Positions 1-10,712 are shown, numbered from the stretch's first letter. The stretch is DNA of 51,369 bases from Planktothrix sp. (GCA_048595135.1 JBMDYE010000129.1:1-51369), one strand, 5' to 3'. Numbers and translations are program-made. Notes: a model not told the origin generated them from the sequence alone.

Positions 1-119
1 GGGAGATCAGGTCAAAGAAATTTAAGTCTTAGCGAAAGACACGCTTTACAAAAACAACAACAAGAAAACCAAATACCTAGTTAAAAGAAATCAAGTTTCT
101 GAGTTAACCCTAAGACCCA

Positions 120-186
120 AGAAACCGGGTTTCTATATTAGAAATTTGTATTTCCTCTTCAAGATGTCAGAAGAAACCCGGTTTCT
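120..186. repeat. Inverted pair of the 15-mer AGAAACCGGGTTTCT (120-134) and AGAAACCCGGTTTCT (172-186), separated by a 37-nt non-conserved spacer
   Basis: Read directly from the sequence. The two 15-mers are exact reverse complements. The same architecture recurs at 40859-40923, 41596-41663 and 43754-43821. Confidence 0.9.
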
Positions 187-696
187 GTAAGCGATGAATT
201 ATATTAAATAAAGTTATCAATATGGCGATTTTGTTTTGAATATTAAAATAATCAGGGAAAACCCGATTTTTTTATTGAAAATAAGTCGCAATTACTTGAC
301 GAAATCTCAGGCTTTGAGCTATGCTTTAGGAAAGCTTCTCAAGGGGTTACCATGTCTATTTGTAAAAATAAAGGCTGAAACCTAATAACCTCGTTAAATA
401 TTAAGCAAATTTAATCAAATTTTGATGAGATTTTCCCCTGGCGATGCACGAGTTTTTGGGAGCGGATCGGGGTCAAAGGGAAAACCACTTGACAAAAGCA
501 ATATTTTATGCGTCAAAAAAAATAGTAATTTTTACTCAAAATTAACAACTCGCTTGCTTGGGTGTCCCAACAGTGAGATGATTTAGATGCAGTCTGAGGG
601 GAATTCCAGAGCCACTTATAGCGTAGAATCTGAACTCGTTAAGATTTTATGCTCCGGCACTCACGCACTCACTAAAGTTTACAGATAACAATAATT

Positions 697-2703
697 ATGG
701 CTGTTGCAACCCAATCACTTGAAGAACTTTGTATCAATTCAATCCGCTTTCTTGCCATTGATGCCGTAGAAAAGGCAAAATCTGGCCACCCAGGACTCCC
801 AATGGGCGCTGCACCGATGGCGTTTGTACTGTGGGATCGGTTTATGCGGTTCAATCCCAAAAATCCCAAATGGTATAACCGCGATCGCTTCGTTCTCTCT
901 GCGGGTCATGGCTCCATGTTACAGTATGCCCTGCTGTACCTGATGGGATATGACAGCGTATCCTTAGACGATATCAAAAACTTCCGTCAGTGGGGGTCTA
1001 AGACTCCTGGACATCCAGAAAACTTCGTGACTGCTGGGGTGGAAGTCACCACAGGCCCCTTAGGTCAAGGGATTGCCAATGGGGTTGGGTTAGCAATGGC
1101 GGAAGCCCACATGGCTGCGACCTTCAATAAACCCGATGCCAATCTCGTAGACCACTACACCTATGTCATCTTAGGGGATGGTTGCAACATGGAAGGGGTT
1201 TCCGGTGAAGCGTGTTCTTTAGCCGGACACCTCGGACTCGGTAAATTAATCGCCCTCTATGACGATAACCATATTTCCATCGATGGAAATACCGAAATTT
1301 CCTTTACCGAAGATGTCAGCAAACGGTTTGAAGCTTATGGCTGGCACGTGCAGCACGTTGAAAATGGCAACACTGATTTAGAAGCGATCGCCGATGCCAT
1401 TGCCAAAGCCAAACAAGTCACCGATAAACCCTCCTTTATTAAAGTCACCACCATCATTGGTTATGGTTCTCCGAACAAACAAAACACTGCTGGAGTTCAC
1501 GGTGCTGCTTTAGGGGGAGATGAAGTCAAAGCCACCCGTGAAAACCTGGGTTGGGAACATGAACCCTTTGTGGTTCCCGATGATGCCTTAGCCCATTTCC
1601 GTAAAGCCGTTGAACGGGGTGCGGATTTAGAAGCCCAATGGAACAAAACTTGGGAAGAGTACAAAGCCAAATATCCCCAAGAAGCCGCCGAATTTGAACG
1701 GCGCATCCTGGGTAAACTTCCCGAAGGATGGGAAAAAGCCCTGCCTTCCTTCACTCCCGAAGAAAAAGGAAAAGCCACCCGTCAATATTCCGAAGGCGTT
1801 CTCAACGCCTTAGCCCCCGTCCTGCCTGAATTAATCGGTGGTTCTGCGGACTTAACCCACTCCAACTTAACGGAGATGAAAGGGTTTGGGAACTTCCAAA
1901 AAGGACAATATCAAAATCGTAACCTGCGTTTCGGTGTCCGGGAACACGGAATGGGTGCAATTTGTAATGGTATTGGCCTGCATTACTCCGGTTTAATTCC
2001 CTACTGCGCTACCTTCTTAGTGTTCGCCGATTATATGCGGGCGGCGATTCGGTTATCCGCCTTATCGGAAATCGGGGTAATTTACGTGATGACCCACGAC
2101 TCCATCGCCCTTGGGGAAGATGGCCCCACCCACCAACCGGTAGAAACTATTGCCTCTTTACGCGCAATTCCTGACTTGTTGGTGATGCGTCCGGCGGATG
2201 GAAATGAAACCTCTGGTGCGTATAAAGTCGCCGTTGAAAATCGGAATCGTCCCACACTGATCGCCTTAACACGTCAAGCCTTACCGAACTTAAACGGAAG
2301 TTCCATTGATATTGTCAGCAAAGGCGCTTATGTTCTGTCCGATAGTGAAGGAACCCCTGACCTGATTTTAATCGGAACCGGAAGCGAAGTGTCTCTGTGT
2401 GTGGAAGCCGCTGCTAAATTAACGGCTGAAGGCAAGAAAGTTCGCGTGGTTTCCATGCCTTGTTGGGAACTGTTTGAAGAACAAGATGCAGAATACAAAG
2501 AATCTGTGTTACCCGCTGGAGTGACCAAACGATTAGTGGTGGAAGCCGCCAGCCGTTTCGGTTGGGAACGCTATATCGGTACAGAAGGCGACATGATCAG
2601 TATTGATCGCTTTGGTGCTTCTGCTCCTGGCCCTGTGCTGATGGAGAAATTCGGATTCACCGTTGACAATGTGTTAGATAAAGCCAAAGCGTTATTAGGC
2701 TAA
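697..2703 (+). CDS. tkt: Transketolase
   Basis: 668-aa ORF. The N-terminal [19 protein letters not shown]..., the ThDP-binding GDGCNMEG and the [16 protein letters not shown] motifs are typical of transketolase. Confidence 0.97.
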   Translation: MAVATQSLEELCINSIRFLAIDAVEKAKSGHPGLPMGAAPMAFVLWDRFMRFNPKNPKWYNRDRFVLSAGHGSMLQYALLYLMGYDSVSLDDIKNFRQWGSKTPGHPENFVTAGVEVTTGPLGQGIANGVGLAMAEAHMAATFNKPDANLVDHYTYVILGDGCNMEGVSGEACSLAGHLGLGKLIALYDDNHISIDGNTEISFTEDVSKRFEAYGWHVQHVENGNTDLEAIADAIAKAKQVTDKPSFIKVTTIIGYGSPNKQNTAGVHGAALGGDEVKATRENLGWEHEPFVVPDDALAHFRKAVERGADLEAQWNKTWEEYKAKYPQEAAEFERRILGKLPEGWEKALPSFTPEEKGKATRQYSEGVLNALAPVLPELIGGSADLTHSNLTEMKGFGNFQKGQYQNRNLRFGVREHGMGAICNGIGLHYSGLIPYCATFLVFADYMRAAIRLSALSEIGVIYVMTHDSIALGEDGPTHQPVETIASLRAIPDLLVMRPADGNETSGAYKVAVENRNRPTLIALTRQALPNLNGSSIDIVSKGAYVLSDSEGTPDLILIGTGSEVSLCVEAAAKLTAEGKKVRVVSMPCWELFEEQDAEYKESVLPAGVTKRLVVEAASRFGWERYIGTEGDMISIDRFGASAPGPVLMEKFGFTVDNVLDKAKALLG

Positions 2704-2771
2704 ATCGAGACAGAAGGCAGGAAATAACGGCTATCAATGATAGCGCTATGCCTGCGGGTCAAGGATAAGTC

Positions 2772-2805
2772 AAAAGCCCGGTTTCTAGAAGAAGCCGGGT
2801 TTTTT
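2772..2805 (+). terminator. Rho-independent terminator downstream of tkt
   Basis: AAAAGCCCGGTTTCT-aga-AGAAGCCGGGTTTTTT forms a stem of about 14 bp followed by a T-run, 69 nt after the tkt stop. It is a variant of the CCCGG-core palindrome family. Confidence 0.6.
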
Positions 2806-3481
2806 AGTTCCTATTTTTGATGAGTTTGTCTGTACAATCAGGAGTAGAATCGTTAATAATCAAGGAAAGTCACCCTCATTAATGTCCTCATCTCAGCTTG
2901 AAGAAGCTAAAATTAGGACAAGTGTACTTTTAATTTTCATTACTTTATCATCAAAAAATAATCGTTGAATTGCTCAAACAACGCTCCCTAAAAGCCTAAA
3001 TGAAATAGCCTTTCAAAACTAATTTTAGGCAGATGCAAACCCTTGTAAGACGATTAAAATCAAGAGTAACTTTTGGTTTTTTTGAACCTGAACTTCTCTG
3101 GGCGACCTTAGCAACTCACCCAAAATCAGATCCACCGCTTAAGCAAGGGACAAATCAATGGTGATCACACCGTTAATTTACGGTTTTACCCATCAGCTTG
3201 CTAAAATTGACAATTGTTTTTAAAATTTTCAATAATTGGGTTAACCGGACATCTACTTGCCCTCAAGCCACAATAATTCATCCACTCCTTAAAGCCAAGT
3301 CCCTGATTAAAATAATATTCAATTGTGATGTGAATAACTGTCTTAACTGGGAGCAAAATGGGAGAATATTGGGGTGATAGAGTGAATAAATCTATAATTC
3401 AACCAAGAGCAGAAACACTGCAAGAGCAATTATAAAATCTTTCAACAATTTGATTGCACCGTACTACCAGACTAAAAAACT

Positions 3482-6400
3482 ATGATATCCCAACAAATTC
3501 ATTCTAATCTTAGGATTGCAGTGATTGATGATTGTGCCGAAGATCGGGCGGTTTATCGTCGCTATTTGCAATGCGACCCGCGCCACCATTGGCAGATTAA
3601 TGAATTTGAAACGGGTATAGAAGCCCTGGAATGGTGTCAACATCATCCCCCCGATGCGATTTTACTGGATTATCAGCTTCCTGATCTGAATGGGTTAGAA
3701 GTGCTTCAGGATTTACAACCGTTGTATAATACCAACCCCCTACCTGTGATTATCTTAACCGGACAAGGGAATGAGTCCGTTGCGGTGCAAAGTATGAAAA
3801 ACGGGGCGATCGATTACCTAATCAAGGGAAAATTAACCCGTGAAATGCTCTCTCAAGCCATGCACAGCCTTGTAGAACGGGGGAGTTTGCTCCAACAGTT
3901 ACAACACCAACACCAACAACAACAATTAATTGCCACCACGGCGCTTCATATTCGCCAATCCCTACAATTAGAAAGTATTCTAGAAACAACTGTTCATGAA
4001 GTCCGCCAATTTCTGCAAGCGGATCGAGTAATTATTTACCAATTTCAAAGCGATCAAACGGGTCAAATTGTTGCAGAGGCGGTTCTTCCTCAGTGGATTT
4101 CTTGCCTCAACGCCCAGATCCAAAATCGTTGTTTTCAAGAAAATTATAATCACGAGTACCGTCACGGAAAAATAGCAACCCTTTCTAATATTTACGAAGC
4201 GGGACTGACAGAATGCCAGATTCAATTATTAGAAACATTTCAAGTCAAGGCGAGTCTTGTGGTTCCCATTATCCTGAACACCTCTCCTCAAAATTCTGGC
4301 TTGGCTACCTCCCATCCAGAGCCTTATCTTTGGGGTTTATTAATGGCTCATCAATGTAATAGTCCTCGCCACTGGCATCAATCTGAACTCGAATTAATGA
4401 GTCAATTGGCGATTAACTTAGCCATTGCGCTTCAACAAGCGGAACTTTATAACAATATTCAACTGCTCAATACCCAACTCGAACAGAAAGTCGAAGCACG
4501 AACGGCGGAACTATTGCAAAACGAACGCAAATTTCGGGCGATTTTTAATAATACCTTTCACTTTACCGGGTTGCTGACTCCAGACGGAATCTTACTAGAA
4601 GCCAATCAAACCGCCTTGGACTTTGGGGGACTGCAACTCTCGGATGTTGTTAATCGTCCCTTTTGGGAGGCTTACTGGTGGACAATTTCCCCCGAAACCC
4701 AACTGCAATTACAGGAATCGATTAAACGGGCGGGACAAGGTGAGTTTATTCGCTATCAAGTGGATGTTTTAGGCGCGAACCAGCGAGTCGCCACCATTGA
4801 CTTTTCCCTGCGACCCTTGAAAGATGAATCCGGACAGGTGATGTTATTAATTCCTGAAGGGCGAGATATTACTGAACAAAAACAAATCGAACTGGCGCTC
4901 AAAGAAAGCGAAGAACGTTACCGACTGGTCATCCTGGGTTCAGGAGAAGGGTTATGGGCTTGGGATCTTCAAAATAATGGGGCTTATATTTCTCCCCGCT
5001 ACAAAGAAATTCTCGGTTATAACACCAATGAATTATCCCCCAAATATTCCGTATGGGAAAATGCCATTCATCCCGATGATCGCGAAGTTGTCCTCAGCGC
5101 CCTCAATCAACACTTAACTCAACGTTCCCCTTACAAACTGGAATATCGCCTGCGTCGGAAAGATGGGAATTACTGCTGGGTTTTTTCCACAGGTCAAGCT
5201 TTGTGGGATGAGACGGGTAAACCGATTCGCATGGCGGGTTCCATTCAAGATATCACCGCTCGTAAACTGGCGGAAACCCAACTCCAAACCCTGACCCAAG
5301 AGTTACAACAACTGAATCGAGAACTAGAACAGCGCGTCGAAGAACGCACCGCCGCCCTACGGGATAGTGAAGCCCGCTTTCGTCTGTTAGCCGAAAATTC
5401 CATTGATATCATTTCACGGGAAACGGTAGATGGAACGATTCTGTATATTTCTCCTTCCTGTCAAACGTTATTAGGTTATGAACCGGAAGAACGCATCGGC
5501 TGCTTAAGTCGGGAATTCGTTCATCCTGATGATTTACCCGCCTTGATCAAAAAGTTTGATGAGATTGATGCTCCTGGACAAAATATTATTAATACGTTTC
5601 GCCTCCGCCATAAACAAGGTCATTATTTATGGTTTGAAACGATAACCCAACCTATTTTTGATCCGCAGACCGGAACGTTACTAGAATTTCATAGCGTTTC
5701 TCGGGAAATTAGCGATCGCAAACAAATGGAAGATGAATTGCGAAAAGCCAATGAACAGTTAAGTTTAACCAATGCAGAACTTGCTAGAGCTACGCGACTC
5801 AAGGATGAATTTCTAGCGAATATGAGTCATGAATTGCGAACCCCTCTGAATGCAATTTTAGGATTAACCGAAGCGTTACAAGAAGGCATTTATGCTCCCC
5901 TCAACCCTCCCCAAAAACGGGCTTTAGAACGGGTTTATAAAAGTGGAAAACATCTGTTATCATTAATTAACGATATTTTAGATCTCGCTAAAATTGAAGC
6001 CGGAAAATCGAAGTTAGAAATTGCCCCCACAAATATTCGGTTTCTGTGTCAATCTAGTTTAAGCTTTGTAGAAGAACAAGCGTATCAAAAAGGAATTACA
6101 TTACAGCTTAATGCGCCGCGGAATCTGCCGAATTGTGAATTAGATGAGCGAAGAATTCGTCAAGTCTTAATTAATCTTCTCAGTAATGCCGTTAAGTTTA
6201 CCCCTGAAGGAGGAATTGTCAAATTAGAAGCCAAAATAGACGGAAAAACCGCCTTACTTTTATCCGTCACCGATACTGGAATTGGCATTCCTGAAGAAGC
6301 AATGTCTCGCTTATTCCAAGCCTTTTTTCAGATTGATAGTAGTTTATCCAGAGCTTATGAAGGAACCGGATTAGGATTAGCATTAGTCAAACAACTCACG

Positions 6401-6940
6401 GAAATGCACGGAGGAACGGTTTCTATTCAAAGTACCGTCGGACAAGGTAGTTGCTTCACCGTTCACCTTCCATTAAATCAGTTAAAAGAGCATGATTATA
6501 AACCGATTATTACTGAGTTTGGAGACATGAAAAATTCTAGTATTCCCCTACAATTTGTGCAGAATAAACCGTTAATTTTAGTGGCAGAAGATAACCCAGA
6601 TAATATTCATCTTCTTGAAGATTATCTCACGTATCTTGGGTATAGAATTGTGATTGCAAATGATGGAAAAGAAGCCGTTACCCTGGCTCAAACTCACCAT
6701 CCCGATCTAATCTTAATGGATATTCAAATGCCAGAAATGAATGGATTAGATGCGATTAAACAGATTCGTGCGGATGAGAATTGTTCCAATATTCCCATTG
6801 TTGCCCTAACAGCCCTAGCCATGCCCGGTGATCTAGAACGATGCTTAGAGGCAGGTGCAGACGATTACCTGGCTAAACCCGTCTCTCTCCAAGCTTTGAA
6901 AGCGTCCTTACAACACTGGATGGGAAGAATTAAGAATTAA
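3482..6940 (+). CDS. Hybrid sensor histidine kinase (REC-GAF-PAS x3-HisKA-HATPase-REC)
   Basis: 1152 aa. It has an N-terminal receiver (DAILLDYQLPDLNG), a GAF-like segment, repeated PAS-like blocks, an H-box (FLANMSHELRTPLN), G-boxes (DTGIGI, GTGLGL) and a C-terminal receiver (DLILMDIQMPEMNG). Confidence 0.9.
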   Translation: MISQQIHSNLRIAVIDDCAEDRAVYRRYLQCDPRHHWQINEFETGIEALEWCQHHPPDAILLDYQLPDLNGLEVLQDLQPLYNTNPLPVIILTGQGNESVAVQSMKNGAIDYLIKGKLTREMLSQAMHSLVERGSLLQQLQHQHQQQQLIATTALHIRQSLQLESILETTVHEVRQFLQADRVIIYQFQSDQTGQIVAEAVLPQWISCLNAQIQNRCFQENYNHEYRHGKIATLSNIYEAGLTECQIQLLETFQVKASLVVPIILNTSPQNSGLATSHPEPYLWGLLMAHQCNSPRHWHQSELELMSQLAINLAIALQQAELYNNIQLLNTQLEQKVEARTAELLQNERKFRAIFNNTFHFTGLLTPDGILLEANQTALDFGGLQLSDVVNRPFWEAYWWTISPETQLQLQESIKRAGQGEFIRYQVDVLGANQRVATIDFSLRPLKDESGQVMLLIPEGRDITEQKQIELALKESEERYRLVILGSGEGLWAWDLQNNGAYISPRYKEILGYNTNELSPKYSVWENAIHPDDREVVLSALNQHLTQRSPYKLEYRLRRKDGNYCWVFSTGQALWDETGKPIRMAGSIQDITARKLAETQLQTLTQELQQLNRELEQRVEERTAALRDSEARFRLLAENSIDIISRETVDGTILYISPSCQTLLGYEPEERIGCLSREFVHPDDLPALIKKFDEIDAPGQNIINTFRLRHKQGHYLWFETITQPIFDPQTGTLLEFHSVSREISDRKQMEDELRKANEQLSLTNAELARATRLKDEFLANMSHELRTPLNAILGLTEALQEGIYAPLNPPQKRALERVYKSGKHLLSLINDILDLAKIEAGKSKLEIAPTNIRFLCQSSLSFVEEQAYQKGITLQLNAPRNLPNCELDERRIRQVLINLLSNAVKFTPEGGIVKLEAKIDGKTALLLSVTDTGIGIPEEAMSRLFQAFFQIDSSLSRAYEGTGLGLALVKQLTEMHGGTVSIQSTVGQGSCFTVHLPLNQLKEHDYKPIITEFGDMKNSSIPLQFVQNKPLILVAEDNPDNIHLLEDYLTYLGYRIVIANDGKEAVTLAQTHHPDLILMDIQMPEMNGLDAIKQIRADENCSNIPIVALTALAMPGDLERCLEAGADDYLAKPVSLQALKASLQHWMGRIKN

Positions 6941-6987
6941 GAATTAAGAATTAAGAATTAAGAATTAAGAATTAAGAATTAAGAATC
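6925..6987. repeat. Tandem heptamer AAGAATT, 8 perfect copies plus 1 imperfect (AAGAATC)
   Basis: Read directly. Copies start at 6925, 6932, and so on to 6974, with an imperfect copy at 6981. The kinase stop codon (6938-6940) lies inside the array. Confidence 0.95.
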
Positions 6988-7030
6988 GCGTAGCGTCCTG
7001 AGCGGAGCGAAGGATCTGAATTAAGAATAA

Positions 7031-7051
7031 GGGAATAGGGAATAGGGAATA
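7031..7051. repeat. Tandem heptamer GGGAATA x3, followed by a pyrimidine-rich tract (7059-7127)
   Basis: Read directly. GGGAATA occurs at 7031, 7038 and 7045. Downstream, CCCCTGCTCCCTCCGCTCCCTCCGCCTCCCCCGCTCCCTTGTCCCTTTGTCCCCTATT is partly complementary to the purine-rich repeats. Confidence 0.9.
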
Positions 7052-7253
7052 GAAATCTTCCCCTGCTCCCTCCGCTCCCTCCGCCTCCCCCGCTCCCTTG
7101 TCCCTTTGTCCCCTATTATTGATTTAATTCTATAGATAAAATAAACTTAATAGACTTTTATCTATAGTAATCTACGATAAAGTTTTATAAACAAATCGTT
7201 ACAAATGGGAGTACAATGTAAACATTCACAGCCGAGTATTTATTCCTAGTGTC

Positions 7254-8942
7254 ATGATGGCCAATCAATTTCCCTGGCTAACCACGATTATCCTGCTTCC
7301 GCTCGTGGCTTCCCTGCTCATCCCAGTGCTTCCCGATCAAGACGGTAAGCGTGTGAGGTGGTACGCGGTCGGTGTAGGAATCGCGGATTTTCTGTTGATG
7401 TGCTACACCTTTTGGAACCATTACGATGCGAGCAGTGCAACCCTTCAACTCGTGGAGAAGTATGCCTGGGCGCCTCAGTTGGGCCTGAATTGGGCCGTTT
7501 CTGTTGACGGTCTATCGATGCCACTGGTGCTTCTAGCTGGACTGGTAACGACACTTTCGATGTTGGCGGCGTGGCAAGTTGATATGAAGCCACGCCTATT
7601 TTACTTTTTAATGCTGGTGCTGTATTCCGCCCAGATTGGGGTGTTCGTTGCCCAAGACTTGCTGTTGCTGTTCATTATGTGGGAATTAGAACTGGTTCCC
7701 GTTTACTTGCTTGTCTCCATCTGGGGCGGGCCGAAACGTCGCTACGCAGCTACAAAATTCTTGCTTTATACCGCAGCAGCATCCATCTTTATCCTAGTAG
7801 CAGCATTGGCAATGGGTCTGTACGGTGGTGGCCCGCTTACCTTTGATATTGTGGAACTGGGCATGAAGGATTACCCCCTCAGCCTGGAACTGCTGCTCTA
7901 TGCCGGACTCTTGATTGCCTTCGGGGTAAAATTAGCCGTCTTCCCCCTACACACCTGGCTCCCGGATGCTCACGGTGAAGCGTCTGCTCCCGTTTCGATG
8001 ATTCTGGCAGGTGTGTTGCTAAAAATGGGTGGATATGGGCTAATTCGCCTGAATATGGAAACCCTTTCCGACGCTCACATTTACTTTGCACCGATTCTGG
8101 CAATTTTAGGCGTCGTTAATATTATCTACGGCGGGTTAAACTCCTTTGCCCAAAATAATATGAAGCGTCGTCTGGCTTATTCCTCCGTGTCCCACATGGG
8201 ATTTGTACTCTTAGGCATTGCCTCTTTCACCGATGTCGGCGTCAGTGGTGCCTTATTACAAATGATTTCTCACGGATTAATTGCGGCGGTGTTATTCTTC
8301 CTGGCGGGTGTGACCTACGACCGGACTCATACCTTAGCAATGGACGAAATGGGCGATATTGGCAAGGCGATGCCGAAAGTGTTTGCCTTGTTTACCGCAG
8401 GTGCAATGGCATCTCTGGCGTTACCGGGGATGAGTGGGTTTGCCAGTGAAGTGTTGGTGTTCGTTGGCATTACCACCAGCGATATCTACAGTTCAACCTT
8501 CCGCATCGTCACGGTGGTCTTAGCTGGGGTGGGGCTGATTTTAACCCCCGTTTATCTGCTGTCCATGCTGCGCCAAGTCTTCTACAATACGGGTGTTGCT
8601 CCCGCTTGTATTATTACCGATGGTGGTCAACAAGTGACGGATGATGACGAGGCGGTTTGCTTCGGAACCAACTGCGTCCTTCCTGGAAACGCCATCTACA
8701 GTGATGCGAAACCCCGTGAAGTGTTGATTGCGGTTTGTTTCCTGGTCTTAATTATCGGCATTGGGTTATATCCCAAACTGGTGACTAACGTTTATGACGT
8801 GAAGATGGTGGCGGTTAACAGCCAAGTTCGAGATTCCTATACCTTTGCAAAATCGAATCCTCAACTGTATGCGAAAGGATTTTTATCCCCAAAAATCCCC
8901 GCCAAACCGGAAGTGGCTACTGTTTCTGGGATGATCAAATAA
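7254..8942 (+). CDS. ndhD: NAD(P)H-quinone oxidoreductase subunit 4 (NDH-1 subunit D, NuoM family)
   Basis: 562 aa and polytopic. Conserved NuoM/NdhD blocks are present ([49 protein letters not shown]). Confidence 0.93.
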   Translation: MMANQFPWLTTIILLPLVASLLIPVLPDQDGKRVRWYAVGVGIADFLLMCYTFWNHYDASSATLQLVEKYAWAPQLGLNWAVSVDGLSMPLVLLAGLVTTLSMLAAWQVDMKPRLFYFLMLVLYSAQIGVFVAQDLLLLFIMWELELVPVYLLVSIWGGPKRRYAATKFLLYTAAASIFILVAALAMGLYGGGPLTFDIVELGMKDYPLSLELLLYAGLLIAFGVKLAVFPLHTWLPDAHGEASAPVSMILAGVLLKMGGYGLIRLNMETLSDAHIYFAPILAILGVVNIIYGGLNSFAQNNMKRRLAYSSVSHMGFVLLGIASFTDVGVSGALLQMISHGLIAAVLFFLAGVTYDRTHTLAMDEMGDIGKAMPKVFALFTAGAMASLALPGMSGFASEVLVFVGITTSDIYSSTFRIVTVVLAGVGLILTPVYLLSMLRQVFYNTGVAPACIITDGGQQVTDDDEAVCFGTNCVLPGNAIYSDAKPREVLIAVCFLVLIIGIGLYPKLVTNVYDVKMVAVNSQVRDSYTFAKSNPQLYAKGFLSPKIPAKPEVATVSGMIK

Positions 8943-8978
8943 TCGGATTCCCTCTAACTTGATCTTCATCTAAATTAA

Positions 8979-9015
8979 GGCGATCGCTTTTTTGAAAAAA
9001 GGGCGATCGTTTTTA
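8979..9015 (+). terminator. Possible terminator hairpin after ndhD
   Basis: GGCGATCGCTTTTTT / AAAAAAGGGCGATCG is an imperfect inverted repeat followed by TTTTT. It is built around two HIP1-like sites. Confidence 0.4.
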
Positions 9016-9083
9016 TTGAAAGGGCTTTTTTTGTGGACGGTTCATCCTATACTACAATTGTAGTAACCTCTCAACGGTGATCA

Positions 9084-9938
9084 ATGATGAACCGAAATCA
9101 CAGAGCAACCCTAGCTCAAGAAACCCTAGAAATTCTCAATCAAGGCTTCTACTCAAACCCCGCAGGAGAAACCGTAGACCTTCAGCAACAAATCAATCAC
9201 TGTGTTGAAAATACCTGCTATTATTCCCCTGAAGATCTCAATTTGATCTTAAATCGGGTGTTACAGTTACCGCCTTTACCCAAACCCAGCCAATTTGAAA
9301 TTCAAAACGAAACCACCTTACAAGGGGCGCGACGTTTAGCCTTATCCAAACCATTTCAAACGATTGTTGCCTTGAATTTTGCCTCCGCCAAAAATCCGGG
9401 TGGCGGGTTTTTATCAGGAAGTCAAGCCCAAGAAGAATCCTTAGCCCGCAGTTCTGCTTTATATTCTTCCTTATTAAAAGCTCCAGACTATTATGAATTT
9501 CATCGAAATTATCGTTCAACTGCCTATTCTCACCGGATGATTGTATCACCTAATTGCCCAATTTTTAGAGACGATACAGGGGAATTATTATCAGAACCTT
9601 ACGCAATTACATTTATTACTAGCGCCGCTCCCAATGCAGGGGCAATGCTCAAAAATTCCCCAGAAGAAGTGCCGAATATCCCGATTATTTTACGAGAACG
9701 GGCGGCACGGGTATTGGCATTAGCGGTTGATTTGGGTGCAGATGCAATTGTTTTAGGGGCTTGGGGTTGTGGCGTGTTTAGAAATAATCCCCAACAAGTT
9801 GCTGAAATATTTTATTCTTTATTTCAACCTGGGGGAGAATTTGAAAACCGCTTTCCGACGGTTTTATTTTCTGTTTTAGATACTTCAAAAGATCAGCTAA
9901 CTTATCAAGCGTTTAATACCGTCGTGAGTGCGCTTTAA
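9084..9938 (+). CDS. TIGR02452-type macrodomain protein (microbial PARG-like / DUF2263)
   Basis: 284 aa. ALNFASAKNPGGGFLSGSQAQEESLARSSALY plus GAWGCGVF matches my recollection of the TIGR02452 PARG-related macrodomain family. No search was run. Confidence 0.7.
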   Translation: MMNRNHRATLAQETLEILNQGFYSNPAGETVDLQQQINHCVENTCYYSPEDLNLILNRVLQLPPLPKPSQFEIQNETTLQGARRLALSKPFQTIVALNFASAKNPGGGFLSGSQAQEESLARSSALYSSLLKAPDYYEFHRNYRSTAYSHRMIVSPNCPIFRDDTGELLSEPYAITFITSAAPNAGAMLKNSPEEVPNIPIILRERAARVLALAVDLGADAIVLGAWGCGVFRNNPQQVAEIFYSLFQPGGEFENRFPTVLFSVLDTSKDQLTYQAFNTVVSAL

Positions 9939-10049
9939 TCAAAGTTATGAACTAGATTGAGGTTCAATAATTGCTGAAACGGTTAATTAGAAAAATTAAA
10001 GTTATATAATAGATTAAGAGAAAATTAGAAAACATTCAGAATCGTTAGC

Positions 10050-10649
10050 ATGACTAATCAAAAACGCCTGATCGTTGGAATTAGTGGGGCGACAGGCATT
10101 ATTTATGGTGTCCGTCTTCTCGAATTACTCCAACAAACCGATGTAGAAACTCACCTTGTTGTGTCCCGTGCAGGAGATCTGACCAGGGCCCATGAATTAG
10201 GAATTGATGCTCAACATCTTCGCAGTCTCGCCACCGTCAGCTATTCGATTAATGATGTTGGTGCCGCCATTTCTAGTGGTTCCTTTAGAACAATGGGGAT
10301 GGTGGTTTTACCCTGTTCAATGAAAACGTTAGCAGAAATTGCCACAGGAGTCACCAGTAGTTTATTAACGCGCGCCGCCGATGTGGTATTGAAAGAACGG
10401 CGTCGGTTAGTCTTGCTCACCCGCGAAACTCCCCTTCATGTGATCCACCTTAAAAATATGTTAGCTGTGACCGAATGCGGTGGAATTATTATGCCCCCGG
10501 TTCCTGCTTTTTATACTATGCCTCAATCCATTGATGAAATGGTCACGAATACCGTCTGTCGAGTGTTAGATTTATTTGAGATTGAAGCTGGACAACTGAA
10601 ACGGTGGGGGGAAGATATTGATATTAAATCGGCTCGATATCCTGAATAA
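10050..10649 (+). CDS. ubiX: Flavin prenyltransferase UbiX
   Basis: 199 aa. It shows the typical UbiX/Pad1 flavoprotein blocks GISGATGIIYG, LPCSMKTLAEIA and PPVPAFY. Confidence 0.9.
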   Translation: MTNQKRLIVGISGATGIIYGVRLLELLQQTDVETHLVVSRAGDLTRAHELGIDAQHLRSLATVSYSINDVGAAISSGSFRTMGMVVLPCSMKTLAEIATGVTSSLLTRAADVVLKERRRLVLLTRETPLHVIHLKNMLAVTECGGIIMPPVPAFYTMPQSIDEMVTNTVCRVLDLFEIEAGQLKRWGEDIDIKSARYPE

Positions 10650-10712
10650 ATAGAACTTGATCGAGAATAAAAATCTGTCAAATGACAATCTTATTACCCC
10701 CGAATTTAGTTT

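Noticed and set aside
1-84. Possible 3' end of a plus-strand gene (frame 1 is open from position 1 to the TAA at 82-84: GRSGQRNLSLSERHALQKQQQENQIPS).
   Set aside because: Only 27 codons are visible and no motif is recognisable, so it cannot be distinguished from a chance open frame.
672-2528. Antisense ORFs within tkt (672-869, 1497-1778, 2328-2528). The same applies to those within argZ (28773-30167) and ndhD (7318-7593, 7879-8103).
   Set aside because: They overlap strongly supported conserved genes on the opposite strand. Their Arg/Ser/Pro-rich translations are typical of antisense frames.
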